A DNA stretch of 64,000 nucleotides. It comes from Octopus sinensis. Taxonomy: Eukaryota. The notes under the pieces were generated by a model. The model ran no database searches. It had not been told where the DNA came from and worked only from the letters and a program-made list of their open reading frames with translations. Both the position numbers and the translations under genes were made by a program. Location of the stretch: NCBI RefSeq assembly GCF_006345805.1, contig NC_043009.1, positions 7,626,001-7,690,000 on the forward strand. Reading direction: 5' to 3'. This document shows positions 1-13,911 of this stretch, piece after piece; within the stretch, counting starts at the first letter, position 1, and each line of letters opens with the position of its first letter.

Positions 1-297
1 AATATATTTTACCTTTTTATCTATTTCATTTCTATTGCCGACTTTCCAAAGACTAAATAAGTTGAAGAATTGCAATGGATGAAGAACTCTAATTCTTTAA
101 ATTTTTATTTTGCTGATATCAGCAGTTAAATAGAGTTAAAATTATTCCATCTTCAAGTCGATATTTGATAGCATTTCTTTTGATAAGGCCTCAGTGGAGT
201 GAAAATCGAAATGGCGAAGAACCAGTACAGAACATTAAACTAGACAAGTTAATATAACTAGTCATTAGGTTTTCCATCATTCGCGTTGCCGTCGTCA

Positions 298-692
298 CGA
301 CCATCATCATCATCATCGTCATCATCACCATCATTACTACCACCATCACTACAATCACCATCATCCTACAACTACCTTCATCTCCATCATCCTCATCACA
401 TTTCCATCATCATGATCGTCGTCGTCGTCCTCCACGTCCTCTTCCTCATTATCATCATCATCATCATCATAATCATTCTCCTCCTCCTCCTCCTCCTCCT
501 CCTCATCATCATCATCATCATCATCATCTTCGACGTTACCATTACAGCCACAATCATCATGGTCATCAACATCAACCTTACTTCCACGACCATGACCAAT
601 GCCACGACAACCACTGCCGCCGCCGCCGCCACCGACGCCGCCGTCACCACCACCACCGCCTCCTCCACCGCCACATTCCTCCTCCTCATCAA
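298..692. repeat. Compound trinucleotide microsatellite (CAT/CGT/CCT/CAC/CGC)n
   Basis: Direct reading; similar compound arrays at 36220-36510, 37430-37815, 44440-44635 and 61606-61790. Confidence 0.95.
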
Positions 693-1135
693 CAATGTTT
701 GGTTGAAAGTTGAGCATGAGTGCGCCTGTGTGTGAATAATATTGGACCGTAAGTATGAAACGTCGGGGAAAGTTTCACCCAGCTTCACCGTAAAAGACGG
801 ATACCTGTCATATTTTCGTAGAGATTTAATATGGACAGCCAAAGTAAATTTATTTCTAACTACTCCTCGCGACCCCACCGCCATCTGTTACCGACGTCTC
901 TTTCTCTGAAAGGACACAAGAGCATTAATTAACAGAATCAAGCATCGTACTCACAGACGTGTCTATTTAGAAAAGTTCATCTGAAGAATTTTGGCTGCTT
1001 AGCGAAATTTTTAACAGACGTGTCATTAAATCGTGATTGACAGTCGAAAATTTAACAATAAAAAGAAAAAAGAAAACGAAATATTCTGAAATATCTAAGT
1101 ATATTGAATCTAGATATACTGTGGCGGCTGTGTAT

Positions 1136-1287
1136 AGGCGTAAGTGTGAGTGTGGTAAGAAATTTTCTTCTCAGCCGCATGGTTCCGGGTTCAGTCCCAC
1201 TGTGTGGCATCATGGGCAAATGTCTTTTGCTATAGCCCCAGGCTGACCAAAGCCTTGTGTGTGGATTTGCTAGACGGAAACTGAAAC
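1136..1287 (+). mobile_element. SINE family A, 5' module (solo)
   Basis: catggttccgggttcagtcccactg...gacggaaactgaaa. Similar solo 5' modules at 28855-29005(-), 33453-33605(+), 50475-50652(-) and 59532-59679(-). Confidence 0.78.
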
Positions 1288-1667
1288 TGTATCTATGTCT
1301 CTTCAATTTTTTAATTATTAGAAATCTTCCACTGAGGAGAGAACCGGTTTCCAGCAAAGATACATGGCTCCATCTTTGGGATGTAATTAACACAGGCAAA
1401 TTCACATTTGGAACTCGAGAAAAGTGTTGCGTACTTTTACTGTTCCACTCACAGATTGTGCTTGTAATGTACGAATTGGTCGATTTCTCTTTCTGAAAAT
1501 CCCAGTTTATCCAGATACTCCTATGTATGTATATATGTAAGTATGTACACACGCTCACACACACACACACACACACGACAGATTTCTTTCAGCTTCCGTC
1601 CACAAGAGAATCTTTCTCCATGGTAAGTTCTGTGAATTACAAATACACATACACACACACAAGTCAA

Positions 1668-1982
1668 TGCGCGTGACATAGTGGTTAGGGTATTCGGCTC
1701 CCGATCGTAAGGTCGTGAGTTCAATTCCCGGTGACGTTTTGTGTCGTTGAGCAAAACTCTTTATATCGCGTTGCTCAAGTCTACTCACCTGGTAAAAATG
1801 AGTAGTACCAGTGTTTCAAAGGGCCAGCTTTGTCACACTCTGTATCACGCTGAATCTCCCTGAGAACTACGTTAAGGGTACACGTGTCTGTGGAGTGCTC
1901 AGCCACTTGCACCTTAGTTTCATGAGCAGACTGTTCCGATGGTCGGATCAACTGGAATCTTCGTCGTCGAAATATTTTCAGC
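1668..1982 (+). mobile_element. SINE family C (tRNA-derived head)
   Basis: A box tgacatagtgg, B box gttcaattcc; body shared with 32755-33228(+) and 60459-60632(-). Confidence 0.83.
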
Positions 1983-2143
1983 AAAGCAAATCTTTGCTGA
2001 ACCCTATCATAAAGTATTACTTTAGTTTACCGTGAAATGGTCCTTTTTCATGCCGAATTCTACTTGGTGAAATTATTGATTACTAGTTAATTAATTAATT
2101 TACCCTTTGTTATTATTGATAATATATAATATATTATAATATA

Positions 2144-2220
<77 letters not shown>

Positions 2221-3327
2221 TGTATGTATATACGCGTGTGGTCTTTGTCGTCCGTTTGCATCTCCGTACAACCGGTGTTAGTGTGCCAGGCATTGCAGTC
2301 GATTCATTCGACTAAAAAATTCTTCAAGGCGGTGCCCAAGCATGGCCGCCGTCCTTTTACTGCAACAAGTAAAAGATTTGAATAAAGATCATTCTACGTG
2401 AGTTCTACTATTGCAGAGTCGTTTAAAAGAGAGGATTGTTCGAAAGACGGTCACGATCTGAAGGCTTATTCCATGGCTTAACCACAAAAGATTAATGGTA
2501 GGATATGATGATGGTGCTCCTATCATAAACGATAGGTAGGTACTTGAACTTGAGACTCATTTATGGAGGTTCAATAAATATTTTGTGCTCTGTGCTGCAG
2601 TGAAAAATATCGTAGTTCCCGAGAAAAGCGAGTAGATGATCAAAGGCCTCTCCCAATATCGATGCTTGAGGGAAAAGAAATGAACATCGTAAAACCCCAT
2701 AGTAAGACAATTTGTTCCGTGAAACCAATTAGATGGTGATCTGTACATGTGCATACACATCGCAGCGATTTAGAGCTAACTGAACTGAGTCAGTGTTAAG
2801 CTATGATCTAAATGGTTTAGTTATGGACCCAGCAGAGCAAGATATCCACCCTGAAAGTTTCGATTAGTAGACTGAAAACCTATCGACTTTGGAAACTTCA
2901 ACATTATTTAGAAAGATAAAAAGAAACTAACCAATCCGAGTGGTGAAACTTTCAAAGATCATAATCCGAGCAACACTCGTATTTCGTTTAAGTGTAATAT
3001 TACTTTGACAGGTTCTCATATATTTCTCTAGGCTGATTATCCGCAGCACTTAAAGTTGAAGATCAGCTAGACGGATCGTGTACATTTATAACGATTGGGA
3101 TCACTATAAATATATCAAAACCTATTGATAAAACCCTCTGCCGACTACAAACAAACACATACGCTCAGATATACACGTACACACACACATATACCCCCAC
3201 ACAGATAGCATGTATATACTCCCTTCATGAGAAACCATCTATATTATGAGTGTATGAATAAGTGTATGTTTGCATACACAAGACTATATATACATATATA
3301 CATACATACATACAGATAATATAGAGA

Positions 3328-3362
<35 letters not shown>

Positions 3363-4087
3363 GTATATGTTATATATATATGTATATTATATATATATAT
3401 ATTATATATATATATATATATATATGTTATTATATGTATATAGACATATATATGTATATATGTATATATGTAGTTATGCTTATATATATATATTTATATA
3501 TAGAAGTATATATACATGTATGCCTATGTATACACATATGTGCATAAATAAATATAATTATATGTATGTTATACATATATGAGTATATATGTATATATAT
3601 GCATTAATATATATATATAGGTGTGAGTTATATATATGGATATATACACTCCTATGCATAAATATAAACACATTTACCAATATATACATATATCATATTT
3701 ATATATTTATGTATGTGTGTATAAATGTGCGTGTATATATATTATATATATATATATATATATGTATACAGATATAGATATATATATGTATACAAATATA
3801 GAAACATATATGCATGTATAAACATACATATCTACGTATCTACTGATGTATTTGATATGCATGTATACGCACACACACACACACAAACGCACGCACATAC
3901 ATAGATGTGGATATATACACACGCACACACTTACATATCTACTACATATACACACACATTCTATTCACGAATGAATGTATGCCCATATTTCTATTTTCAA
4001 TGTTATTACTTATTACGAGAAATAAAATAAGTCAAAATGCCAAATATTGGGACTACAATGATTTGCATCATAAGGGATGGATGTTAG

Positions 4088-4123
<36 letters not shown>

Positions 4124-4997
4124 GTGTGTGTGTTTCTGCTATACTGCAATGCATCCATTTATTATAACGATAAAGCTTTTATATGACTCTTGTTTTGTGT
4201 GTTCTTTCATATAAACAGTAAGGAGCTGCTGGTGGTTTGTACGTATAATCTCCGTATATATTTGAGATTCTCGTAACTCAACTGGTTTACTTTGATAAAC
4301 TAAGCACGTAAAATACCGACAGCTGAACCTTATCACTATAACATACTATTTCTGGTAATAAAATAACGCTTATTCTCTTTAATTCAAGTTTGCACGGTCC
4401 GCTTTTACTTCACGTTTAAATATCATATAGAAATGAATTATCTTTTCATCCGTTGAAAGGATTCTTGTCGTAGTATGGTGGGAGCTTAGTGGTTGTGGTT
4501 TACAGCAGAGATAGCAAGCAAAATGAATAACTACTAAATTATCAAAGGCTCTTATATTGAAACATTTACCCACTTGGAAATCGGTCATATGTAAAAAAAA
4601 AAAAAAGGAAATAAATTTGGCAAATGGAGTAAAATATTTTCATCAAGTTGCAAGAGACATTATCACACAAACTCCCAGAATTTTCCTCATTGTGCATATA
4701 TATATATATATATATCCTTCGAAACGTAGAGTAGATGAAACCTTTAGCGACTGAAGAAGGGGTTTTTTCTTTGTGTTAATTGTCCTGTATTCTATTTTTT
4801 TGTTGTTTTTAAAAAAATGTCCAGTTCCTTTGGTTTGTGTCTATGTTTTCGTTTCTCTTTGTGTTCGACGTCCCTTTGGTGTCCTGTACTCATATATGCG
4901 TGTATATGTACATGTAGAGGTAGGTACGTACATATATGTTTATATATATGCATATGTTTTATTTTATTTATTAATATATATATATATATATATGTAA

Positions 4998-5439
4998 TTT
5001 TTCTCTAGTTTCAGCTCAGAGCTGTGGCCATGCTGATGCACCGCCGTTTTGCTACTCTGTTATTACTAAGAGCCTCCTCTAATATGTGGCACTTAGTGAA
5101 GCATGGAGTTTGATATAGCTACCCTCATTTGTACCTCTTGCCGTGAGGTAGGTTCATCTGGGACTCTCGACAGGAAGAGGTCCAGCTTTCATTTAAAACC
5201 CCCTACATCTACTGTGTGCAAGTTCCTCAGACTCTTTGGGAGAATATTAAAAAGCTGTGGGCCCTTGAAACCCAGGCTGTTGCAGTAACTGGTCCTGAAG
5301 CGTGATGGCATTGCTGGGACCTTTGGCACTCTGCAGTGTCGTCCCGTTCTGGCATTGGCGTAAATTTCAATGCCAAAATTTGGCACAATTCCTTCCAGGA
5401 TCTTCCAGATATATGTTACTGCATACCGCTCCCGTCTTC
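4998..5439 (-). mobile_element. CR1-group (CR1/L2/Crack) LINE, 5'-truncated 3' end
   Basis: RRERYAVTYIWKILEGIVPNFGIEIYANARTGRHCRVPKVP...NSLGFKGPQLFNILPKSLRNL, 1-bp frameshift, then KMKLDLFLSRVPDEP...SNSMLH*. This is the typical post-RT C-terminus; the 3' UTR ends in a hairpin. Confidence 0.85.
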
Positions 5440-5850
5440 ATAAATATGCATACATAACTTAATGGTCATAATATATAATTTATAAGCTACTGATATTTTC
5501 ATGCAATGAAAATGACACAGACAATATTTTATAAGACATCTGGTGCCGTCATGCAATCTTCGGGCTCAGCTGTGTTTTCGTCCTTTCAGATTTTACATCA
5601 ACTTTCTTCTCGCTTTTTCTCTTATTCTATTGCCCTATTTTTGTTTGTACATGGCATGTGAGTACAGCCCTGAGGTTGCATAAAAGCACCAGACATGTTA
5701 CAGAATGGTGACTATCGTTTTCACAGCATGAAAGTATGTGTATCCATCTCATAAAAATGTATACTGTGTGCATTAAACAATATTTATCTCTTACCAGATG
5801 GACTACTTTTTTGTTGATCTTACCTTCATGGAATAGTATACTATATACAA

Positions 5851-5938
<88 letters not shown>

Positions 5939-6010
5939 ATATATTATATAAAATATATATATATATAATACATACTACACAACACACACACACACACACA
6001 CACACACATA

Positions 6011-6041
<31 letters not shown>

Positions 6042-6154
6042 ATATAATATATAATATATATAGGCAGAATTCACAAAAAAAAGAAGACAAGATGAAGACA
6101 GTGGCGTAGACAACAAACAGATGTATTAGTATAACGCTCGGGAAGTGAAAAAGT

Positions 6155-6190
6155 CTTTAACGTTTCGAGCCTACGCTCTTCCACAGAAAG
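6155..6190 (-). ncRNA. Degenerate minimal type-I hammerhead ribozyme motif in a Penelope-like repeat (~6061-6275)
   Basis: CUUU CUGUGGAA GAGC-GUAG-GCUC GAAA CGUU AAAG: stem I 4 bp, stem II 4 bp, ACGU stem III; A6 is replaced by U. Confidence 0.5.
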
Positions 6191-6805
6191 GAACACAGAA
6201 AGAAACAAGAAGGGAAAATAAAGAATGTCTAGTGGCTTGTGATCTATCATGGCGAAGGCCGGACAGAAGGGTCATATATAACACAAAGAAGAATTAAGAA
6301 TTATGTAGTTTTTAGTTCATAATTCATAATCCATATTTTTCTTATACGCGTTTTGGATGGGTTAGCGTTACGAAATACAATGTTTTGTGAATTCCGTACT
6401 TAAATCGATCCACATTTAGTGGATGACAGTATTATATGGAGGTGGAAAAACCAACGGTAGCTGGAATGCAACCCAGATCTAAACTACATTCCCACGTTTC
6501 GATTGAATTTAACGAAGGAATCCTGCAAAAGGTTTGCTCGAAATAGCAGCCGAAACTCTTTCTATTTCATCTAACAAAAAAAAAAAAAGGTCAACCTCAG
6601 AGTGGAAAGGCAATGCCTTCATACCAGCACCAACTTTAAACCTAATCGTAAACTCCTCACCTCGTTTCCGCCACCCTCCCCCTCCTCCTCCACCTCATGC
6701 TCCTTCCTTTCTTCTTCATCTCATCTACAACAACAGCAACTACTACTACTGCTACTACTACTACTACTACAACAACAACAACAACAACAACTACTACTAC
6801 TACTG

Positions 6806-6839
<34 letters not shown>

Positions 6840-7138
6840 AACTTCTACTACTACTACTACTACTACTACTACAACAACAACAACTACTACTACTACTACT
6901 ACTACTAAGCCGTCCGTGCTTCTTTGTAATGACCAGATTGGGGGCGATGCTTGTGATGGCTAACTTTGCACGTACGTCCTTAATTTACTTGTTTCAAATC
7001 ATGTTCTATATTTCTGTTATGGATGTGATTGCGATGTTGTATCTAAGTTTAACTATTCCTGCCTCATGTGTGTGTGGGTGGATGGGGGTATGTTTGTGAC
7101 CGTATGCATGCGCGTGTGTGTGTGTGTGTGTGTGTGTA

Positions 7139-7520
7139 TCTTTTTACTCTTTTACGTGTTTCAGTCATTTGACTGTGGCCATGCTGGAGCACCGCCTTTA
7201 GTCGAGCAAATCGACCCCAGGACTTATTCTTTGTAAGCCTAGTACTTATCCGATCGGACGTAAATACACCAGCATCGGTTGTCAAGCGATGTTGGAGAGA
7301 CAAACACAGACAAACAAACACATACACACACATACGTATATACTTATACATATATACGACGGGCTTCTTTGAGTTTCCGTCTACCCAATCTACTCACAAG
7401 GCTTTGGTCGGTCCGAGGCTAGAGTAGAAGATACTTGCCCAAGGTGCCACGCAGTGAGACTGAACCCGGAACTATGCGGTTCGTAAGCAAGCTACTTGGC
7501 ACACAGCCATTCCTACGCCT
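7139..7520 (-). mobile_element. SINE family A, near full length with an internal deletion
   Basis: Both modules and the hinge are present; lacks ~30 nt (ctcttttgccgaaccgctaagttacgggg). Confidence 0.88.
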
Positions 7521-7926
7521 AGTAAGAGTGGCTATATGTAGTATATTCATATAGTTGAATTATAATTTTTCTATTCGGAAGATGACGAGCTGGCAGAATC
7601 GTTAGCGCATGGGTTTACGGTATTAACGTATTTCGTCCGTCGTTCCGTTCTGAGTTCAGATCATGGTACAGAGAAGTCTGAAGGTGAAGTGATTTTTTTT
7701 TCTCTTCTACCTTGATGATGGAGGCACGATTTATCCAAACTTTATTTATTTCCATTTCTGGCTACATATTTTGCTGAACTACATCTACCAGCATCATAAT
7801 GGATCACCGATCCCCCAGAAACAACTGTTGGACTTATAACATCTTACTGCTTCCCCTTTAATTTTCTCAGTCGTTTGTACTAAGTGTACGTTCGATCTAT
7901 TATTATAGAATTATCTATGTATTTAT

Positions 7927-8225
7927 GTGGGGGCACATGGCCTAGTGGTTAGAGCAGCGGACTCGGGGGATCGCGGGTTCAAATCTCAGACCGGGCAGTG
8001 TCTGTGTTTATGAGCGAAACACCTAAGATCTAAGCGGCTCCGGCAGAAGGTAATGGCGAACTAACTTCTGCTGACTCTTTCGCCACAACTTTCTCTCACT
8101 CTTTCCTCCTGCATTTTGCAGCTCACCTGCGACGGACCGGCGTCCCGTCCAGGTGGGGAATCTATACGCCAAGGAAACCGGGAAACCGGCCCTTATGAGC
8201 CAGGCATGGCTCGAGAAGGAAAAAA
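7927..8225 (+). mobile_element. SINE family D (tail type 1) with a 12-bp TSD
   Basis: tggcctagtgg A box, ggttcaaatctc B box; TSD ctatgtatttat at 7915-7926 and 8226-8237; minus-strand copy at 24368-24663. Confidence 0.88.
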
Positions 8226-8636
8226 CTATGTATTTATACTTAAATATTCATTGTCTGAAAATCTTTAGTCTGCTTTATAGCTGTTTACGTATAACTTCCC
8301 CTCTCTCTCTTTCTCTCCCCCCACTCTCTCTACCATCCACTCCCCCTATCTCCCTATCTCTCTCCCTCTCTCTCTCTCTATCTAGCAATCTCTCTCTCTA
8401 CGAATCTCTCTATCTCTATCTCTCTCTCTCTCTTTCATCTATCTATCAATCTCTCTCTCTCTTTCATCTATCTATCAATCTCTCTCACGCTCTCTCTCTC
8501 TCTATCTATCTAATTATCTCTCTCTCTCTCTCTATCTATGTATCAATCTCTCTCTCTCTATCAATCTCTCTATCTATCTATCTATCCATCTATCTATCTA
8601 TCAATCTCTCTCTCTCTCTCTCTCGCTATCTATCAA

Positions 8637-8684
<48 letters not shown>

Positions 8685-9299
8685 ATTATCTATCTATGAC
8701 TGTGATAGCATCTCTGCTTTTTTCTTACTAGTCCTAAATACAATTATGAATGTTTTTATGTTCAGTTATAAACAATTTTACGTGAATCTGATAGGTTATT
8801 CTATACATTTGTAGCGTACAAATTTATTATTCCTATAGAAGAATATTGTTGATGAGGACTTCGAAGTTTTGGTCAGCGAGGTCATTGACGGTGTATGTAT
8901 GTATTTATGTATGTATCTATGTACGGAAGCATGTACGTATGTTTGCATGTATGTATATATCGATGTACGTCTGTCTTTGTGTCTGTGTTTTCCTCCATCA
9001 CTACTTGACAACCGTGGTTGGTTTGTTTGCGTCCCCGTAAATTAGGAGTTCGGCAAAAGCACCGGTAGAATAAGTACTAAGCTTTAAAAAATACACTGAG
9101 GGTCGATTCATTCGACTAAAAAACTGTTCAAAGTGGTACCCCAGAATGACACCAGTAGAGTGGTAGAGGATAAAAGATACAGTTTTATGTATTTTTTTGT
9201 AGATTTCCCTGTCGCAAACGGTAGTCAATGATTCCGCAGTTTCGTGCTAAACAACCTTGACAGTTGATTTCATTATAGCAATCATATCTTAGCTCTGTC

Positions 9300-9491
9300 A
9301 CCGATATCAAAAAGCTATTACATACACAAGCGGATGGTTACAACACATCAGATGTTGACTTGGTCGCGGAACAACATGAAATGAAATATTTTGATCAGGA
9401 AGACACGACGTGCAGCGCGGTCTGGGAATTGAAACCACGATCAAGCGATCGCTGGTGCAATTCCCCTAACCATTACGCCACGCGCCTCCAC
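9300..9491 (-). mobile_element. tRNA-headed SINE, diverged
   Basis: ggaggcgcgtggcgtaatggttaggg...gtggtttcaattcccagacc: A and B boxes followed by a non-tRNA body. Confidence 0.6.
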
Positions 9492-9758
9492 TACCTACAG
9501 GTACACAAAAGATATTCTCTATTAGTAGCTGTTACATGAATGACAAATTTGGCAGCAGCTATAGAAGTAGTAGTAGTAGTAGCAGCAGCAGCAGCAGCAG
9601 AGGCAGCAGCTGATGCTGCAGTAAGTGCAAAGGACCGAAGTGCTTCCATTGCCGCTGGAAGAATTTTTGTGGTGATGGTCTCATATGCGTTGTGATTTTG
9701 ATGAAAATCGAAAAACCAAGAAAAAGAAAATAGCGAACTATGAATATGAACGCCATCC

Positions 9759-9759
<1 letters not shown>

Positions 9760-9792
<33 letters not shown>

Positions 9793-9914
9793 TAATAATA
9801 TATAATAATAAAATAATAATATAATCAATAACACAATAATAATATAATAATAATAATAATAATATAATAATAATATAATAACAACATAATAATAATAATA
9901 AAACAACATAATAC

Positions 9915-9953
<39 letters not shown>

Positions 9954-10250
9954 TAATAATGATATAATAATAATAATGATAAGATGGAAAATAAGGATAA
10001 TAATAAGGAAAAGAAGAAGAAGAAGAGAAGAAGAAGAAGAAGACGAAGAAGGAGGAAAAGATAAGAAAAGAAGAAGAAGAAGAAAAGAAGAAGAAGAGGA
10101 AGAAGAAGAAGAAGAAAAGAAGAAGAAGAAGAAGAAGAAGAAGAATGGGAGGAAAGAATAAGGAGGAAAAAAGAAGAGGAGGAAAAAAGAAGAAGGAGAA
10201 AAAGAAGAAGAAGAAGAAGAAGAAGAAGAAGAAGAGCAACAACAATAATA
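9760..10250. repeat. (TAA)n to (GAA)n compound microsatellite
   Basis: Direct reading; similar arrays at 17590-17795, 20900-21180, 6725-6907 (CTA/CAA), 16780-16905 and 24935-25247 (ATT). Confidence 0.95.
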
Positions 10251-10541
10251 ATAGAATTTTTCATTGTATTATCCCTGTAAGTGTTGACATTCCTTGTTAA
10301 GGTCACTGATCGACTCATTTGTGAGATATCTTGCTGGCGCCGACTACAGACAGTCCCGGCCACGTGTCTAAAAAATTCTTTCAACGCAAATTACAAACAC
10401 ACATACACACACACACACTCACACACATTGTGTAAAGAATAGTTTGTGCGTGTATGTATCCATTTTTTCGTATACGTGTGGTATAAATATGTATATACGC
10501 GATATAGTTGTATGTTTGTTTGTATAATATATATATATATA

Positions 10542-10583
<42 letters not shown>

Positions 10584-11458
10584 ATGTGTGTGTGTGTGTA
10601 TGTGTATATTTGTACGTGTGTTTATATATGTACGTATGTATGTATGTATATATATGTGTGTATGTATATATATATATATATACCGTATATATGTGCATGC
10701 ACTATATATATATATATATATATATACTTATATATATATATATATATATGTATTTATGTATATATATATACACGGATTCAGAGCACATACTCATAAACAT
10801 ACATATACATAGAATTTTAAAAAAACTCATATAAAACATTAAAAAAATTACAGACACCAATTTCGTCATCACAAGAAGTCAACAGCATTAGCAAAAGAAA
10901 ACGAGAACAAAATGAAAGAAAAAAAAAGCAAACCTTCAAAAAAACAAAAAACATATAAACAATCAATCGAAGACACCAAAAACTTTTGTAAAAAGAATCT
11001 TATGAGAATGGCAAAGCAACAACAATAACAACGACAACGACAATAACAACCATGAGAAGAAGAAGAACAACAACAACAACAAATGTAACGGCAACAACAG
11101 CGATAAAACACTTCTAACTGATACAGCAACAAAAATGTCGGCGATGATGATGATTAAGAAAAGGTAAAAAGCAAATAAAATGCTGAACTGTCACAATAGG
11201 GGTTCTAAGATTCTTTTTGACCTCCTGGATGTCGATTTTTGACCTCAATTCTGATATTCGTAGATTCTAAATTCTTGCATCTGTTACTACATACAGAATA
11301 ATATCGACCTTGAATTTGTAATGATGATCTCCAGTCATTAAGGCAGTATAGTTTTTTTAAACTGCACCTGCGTCCATCACTCGGCATTGTTATTGCTGCT
11401 GCTAGTGATATAACGTGTATATATTTATATATATATCTTTGTCTATATATGTGCTGAG

Positions 11459-11558
<100 letters not shown>

Positions 11559-12125
11559 ATATATATATATATACATACATATCTATCTATCTATCATACA
11601 TACATACATACAAACATACACACACTATCTGCAAAAGAAGTAGATTAAAGTAACCGTCTGTTTATTTAATGTCGATACATCGGGAAAAGTAAATTTATTG
11701 CGGTATATTCGACCGGAGATATTTCACTTTGAGCAACTGAACGTAATCGTAGTAAATAAATTACCCATTGCCGCAAAAGTATATTTCCAAAGTGGTTCGT
11801 CATATACAAGGTAACATTCTCGTACCCATACGTATACACACAACTGTATACACAGAAGCACAATTCAATGGTCTCTGTTTCGATAAGTGCTGTGCATGAA
11901 ACTGTCGGCACTTGATTCACCTTTGTAACATTCTTCGATTAAATATAAGAAAAAATTCTATCCACTCATGTAGTGACACAAACGCACGCACACCTACACC
12001 GACACTTACACACACAAAGAGAAGTATATATATATATATATAATATTAATTAGAGACAAAACCACTATTATGCAAAATCGTTATATATATATATATATAT
12101 TATATATAATATATATATATCTTAT

Positions 12126-12323
12126 AGTATTATCTGCAGCATCAGTTTTTCCGGTAATTTAGCGCGCCAAAACGAGGACATTTGAAATAGTAACCACGAT
12201 TGTAATGGGTAGGACTGTTATATATATATAACAGTCCTACCCATTACAACTCGTGGTACTATTTCAAATGTCCTTGTTTTGGCGCGCTAAATTACCGGAA
12301 AAACTGATGCTGCAGATAATACT
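12126..12323. repeat. 198-bp palindrome centred on (TA)6, with a third direct copy at 12405-12471
   Basis: agtattatctgcagcatcag...aggactgt (TA)6 acagtcct...ctgatgctgcagataatact; about 3 differences between arms. Confidence 0.95.
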
Positions 12324-12917
12324 TTACTGCAGTGGCCTTTGCCGGCTAGAGAACGTATTAATTTAAACTTAAATTTAAAATGAGGGTGATAAATTAGATA
12401 ATTAGGTAATTTACCGCGCCAAAACGGAGACATTTGAAATAGTAGCCACGAGTGTAATGGGTAGGACTGTTTTACAAGTCTGACTTTGTGCGGACGTCCT
12501 AGTATGTAGTCCTGCAAATTATATTCATCTGGACGGTCGCACCGATGATCTACGGACATTTATGTAAGTAAAATTAGGTAATATATTAATAGTGAAACAT
12601 TTATGTGAATAATCCATATTTTTATTGCTTTTTCTTTTGTCTGGCTCGATTACATTTTGGTTGTTTTGCAAAATTTTTCTTAGGAACATTTCTTAGTGGT
12701 AAGACCTTAGCGGATCTATTTCTAGCACAAGCAGAAAGGTGTCCACATAGTGGTTTCCCTCTAATATGTATATATATATATATATATATAGTTCGATTAG
12801 AAAACACCACTAGAATGGGAGAAAGCGCTAATATATGATCTAAGTTATATGATGTAATATACAAATAAATATCTGTAAATATAAAACCATCCGAATTTCT
12901 GAATACCTCATTTCTTC

Positions 12918-12960
<43 letters not shown>

Positions 12961-13613
12961 CATATATATATATATATCAAACAGCTTGATTCAGACTCGT
13001 TGGTTTCAAGTGTGTAGCTAGTCTTCGGCCATTAGGATCTGAATGAGAGTTCGATTGAAGAGAGTCAATGTTTACTACTGGACGTTACCCTGCAATTGGT
13101 CGAGAAAGATCACGTGTGTAGTTGTCTAATGCTGGTGTTTCAGCGATAACAATTACTTGGAAAATACCGCATGGTGAACAGGAAATAGGTTGTGTGCTTA
13201 GGCAAAATTGGGAAAGGGCGGTAAACATGAGGGTTTATTTGTATATATGTACATGTATATGCCCATATATGTGCATGTATGCATCCGTATTTATACGAGT
13301 GCTTTGATGTGCACTCAAAACCGCGCGCGCGCACAAACACACGCACAGACATGCCACACAGGAAGGGACCGAAGACTAGCCGCACGCTTGAAACTCAGAG
13401 TATCGAGTAGTTTGAATCAAACTGTTTTGATCTATACATGTAACTCCAAATAAATGTGTTTGTTGAGTGCCCTTCTTTCGTTTCTCTGCTCACCCGTATA
13501 TGTGTGTGTGCATGTGTGTGTACATGTGTGTATATACATGCGTGTTTATATATATATGTGTATATGTGTGTGTATATGTGTGCATATATATATATGTGTA
13601 TATGTGTGAATAC

Positions 13614-13911
13614 GGAGGCGCAATGGCCTAGTGGTTAGGGCAGCGGACTCGCGGTCGCAGGATCGCGGTTTCGATTCCCAGACCGGGCGTTGTGTGTTTA
13701 TTGAGCGAAAAAACCTAAAAGCTCCACGAGGCTCCGGCAGGGGGTGGTGATCCCTGCTGTACTCTTTCACCACTCTTTCCCCCACTCTTTCTTCTGTTGG
13801 CCTGATCGCTTAGCCAGCGGGGTGGCGTCATTCGAAGGCTAAAAGAATGCGAACGCATTGTGACCAGCGATGTGTAACATCTGATGGTCTGGTCGGTCAC
13901 GTGATCACGTG
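13614..13911 (+). mobile_element. SINE family D (tail type 2)
   Basis: Same head and ggctccggcag central block as 7927 but a different 3' third; flanks atatgtgtg(a/t)atac match 13/14 (within a microsatellite). Confidence 0.83.

Noticed and set aside
736-884. Non-repetitive part of ORF 396..884(-) as a host exon
   Set aside because: No recognisable motif and weak acceptor context; an open frame of this length is expected by chance.
1668-1735. tRNA gene (likewise the heads at 7927, 9491, 13614, 24663 and 47989)
   Set aside because: A and B boxes are present, but there is no complete acceptor stem and each continues into a repeated SINE body.
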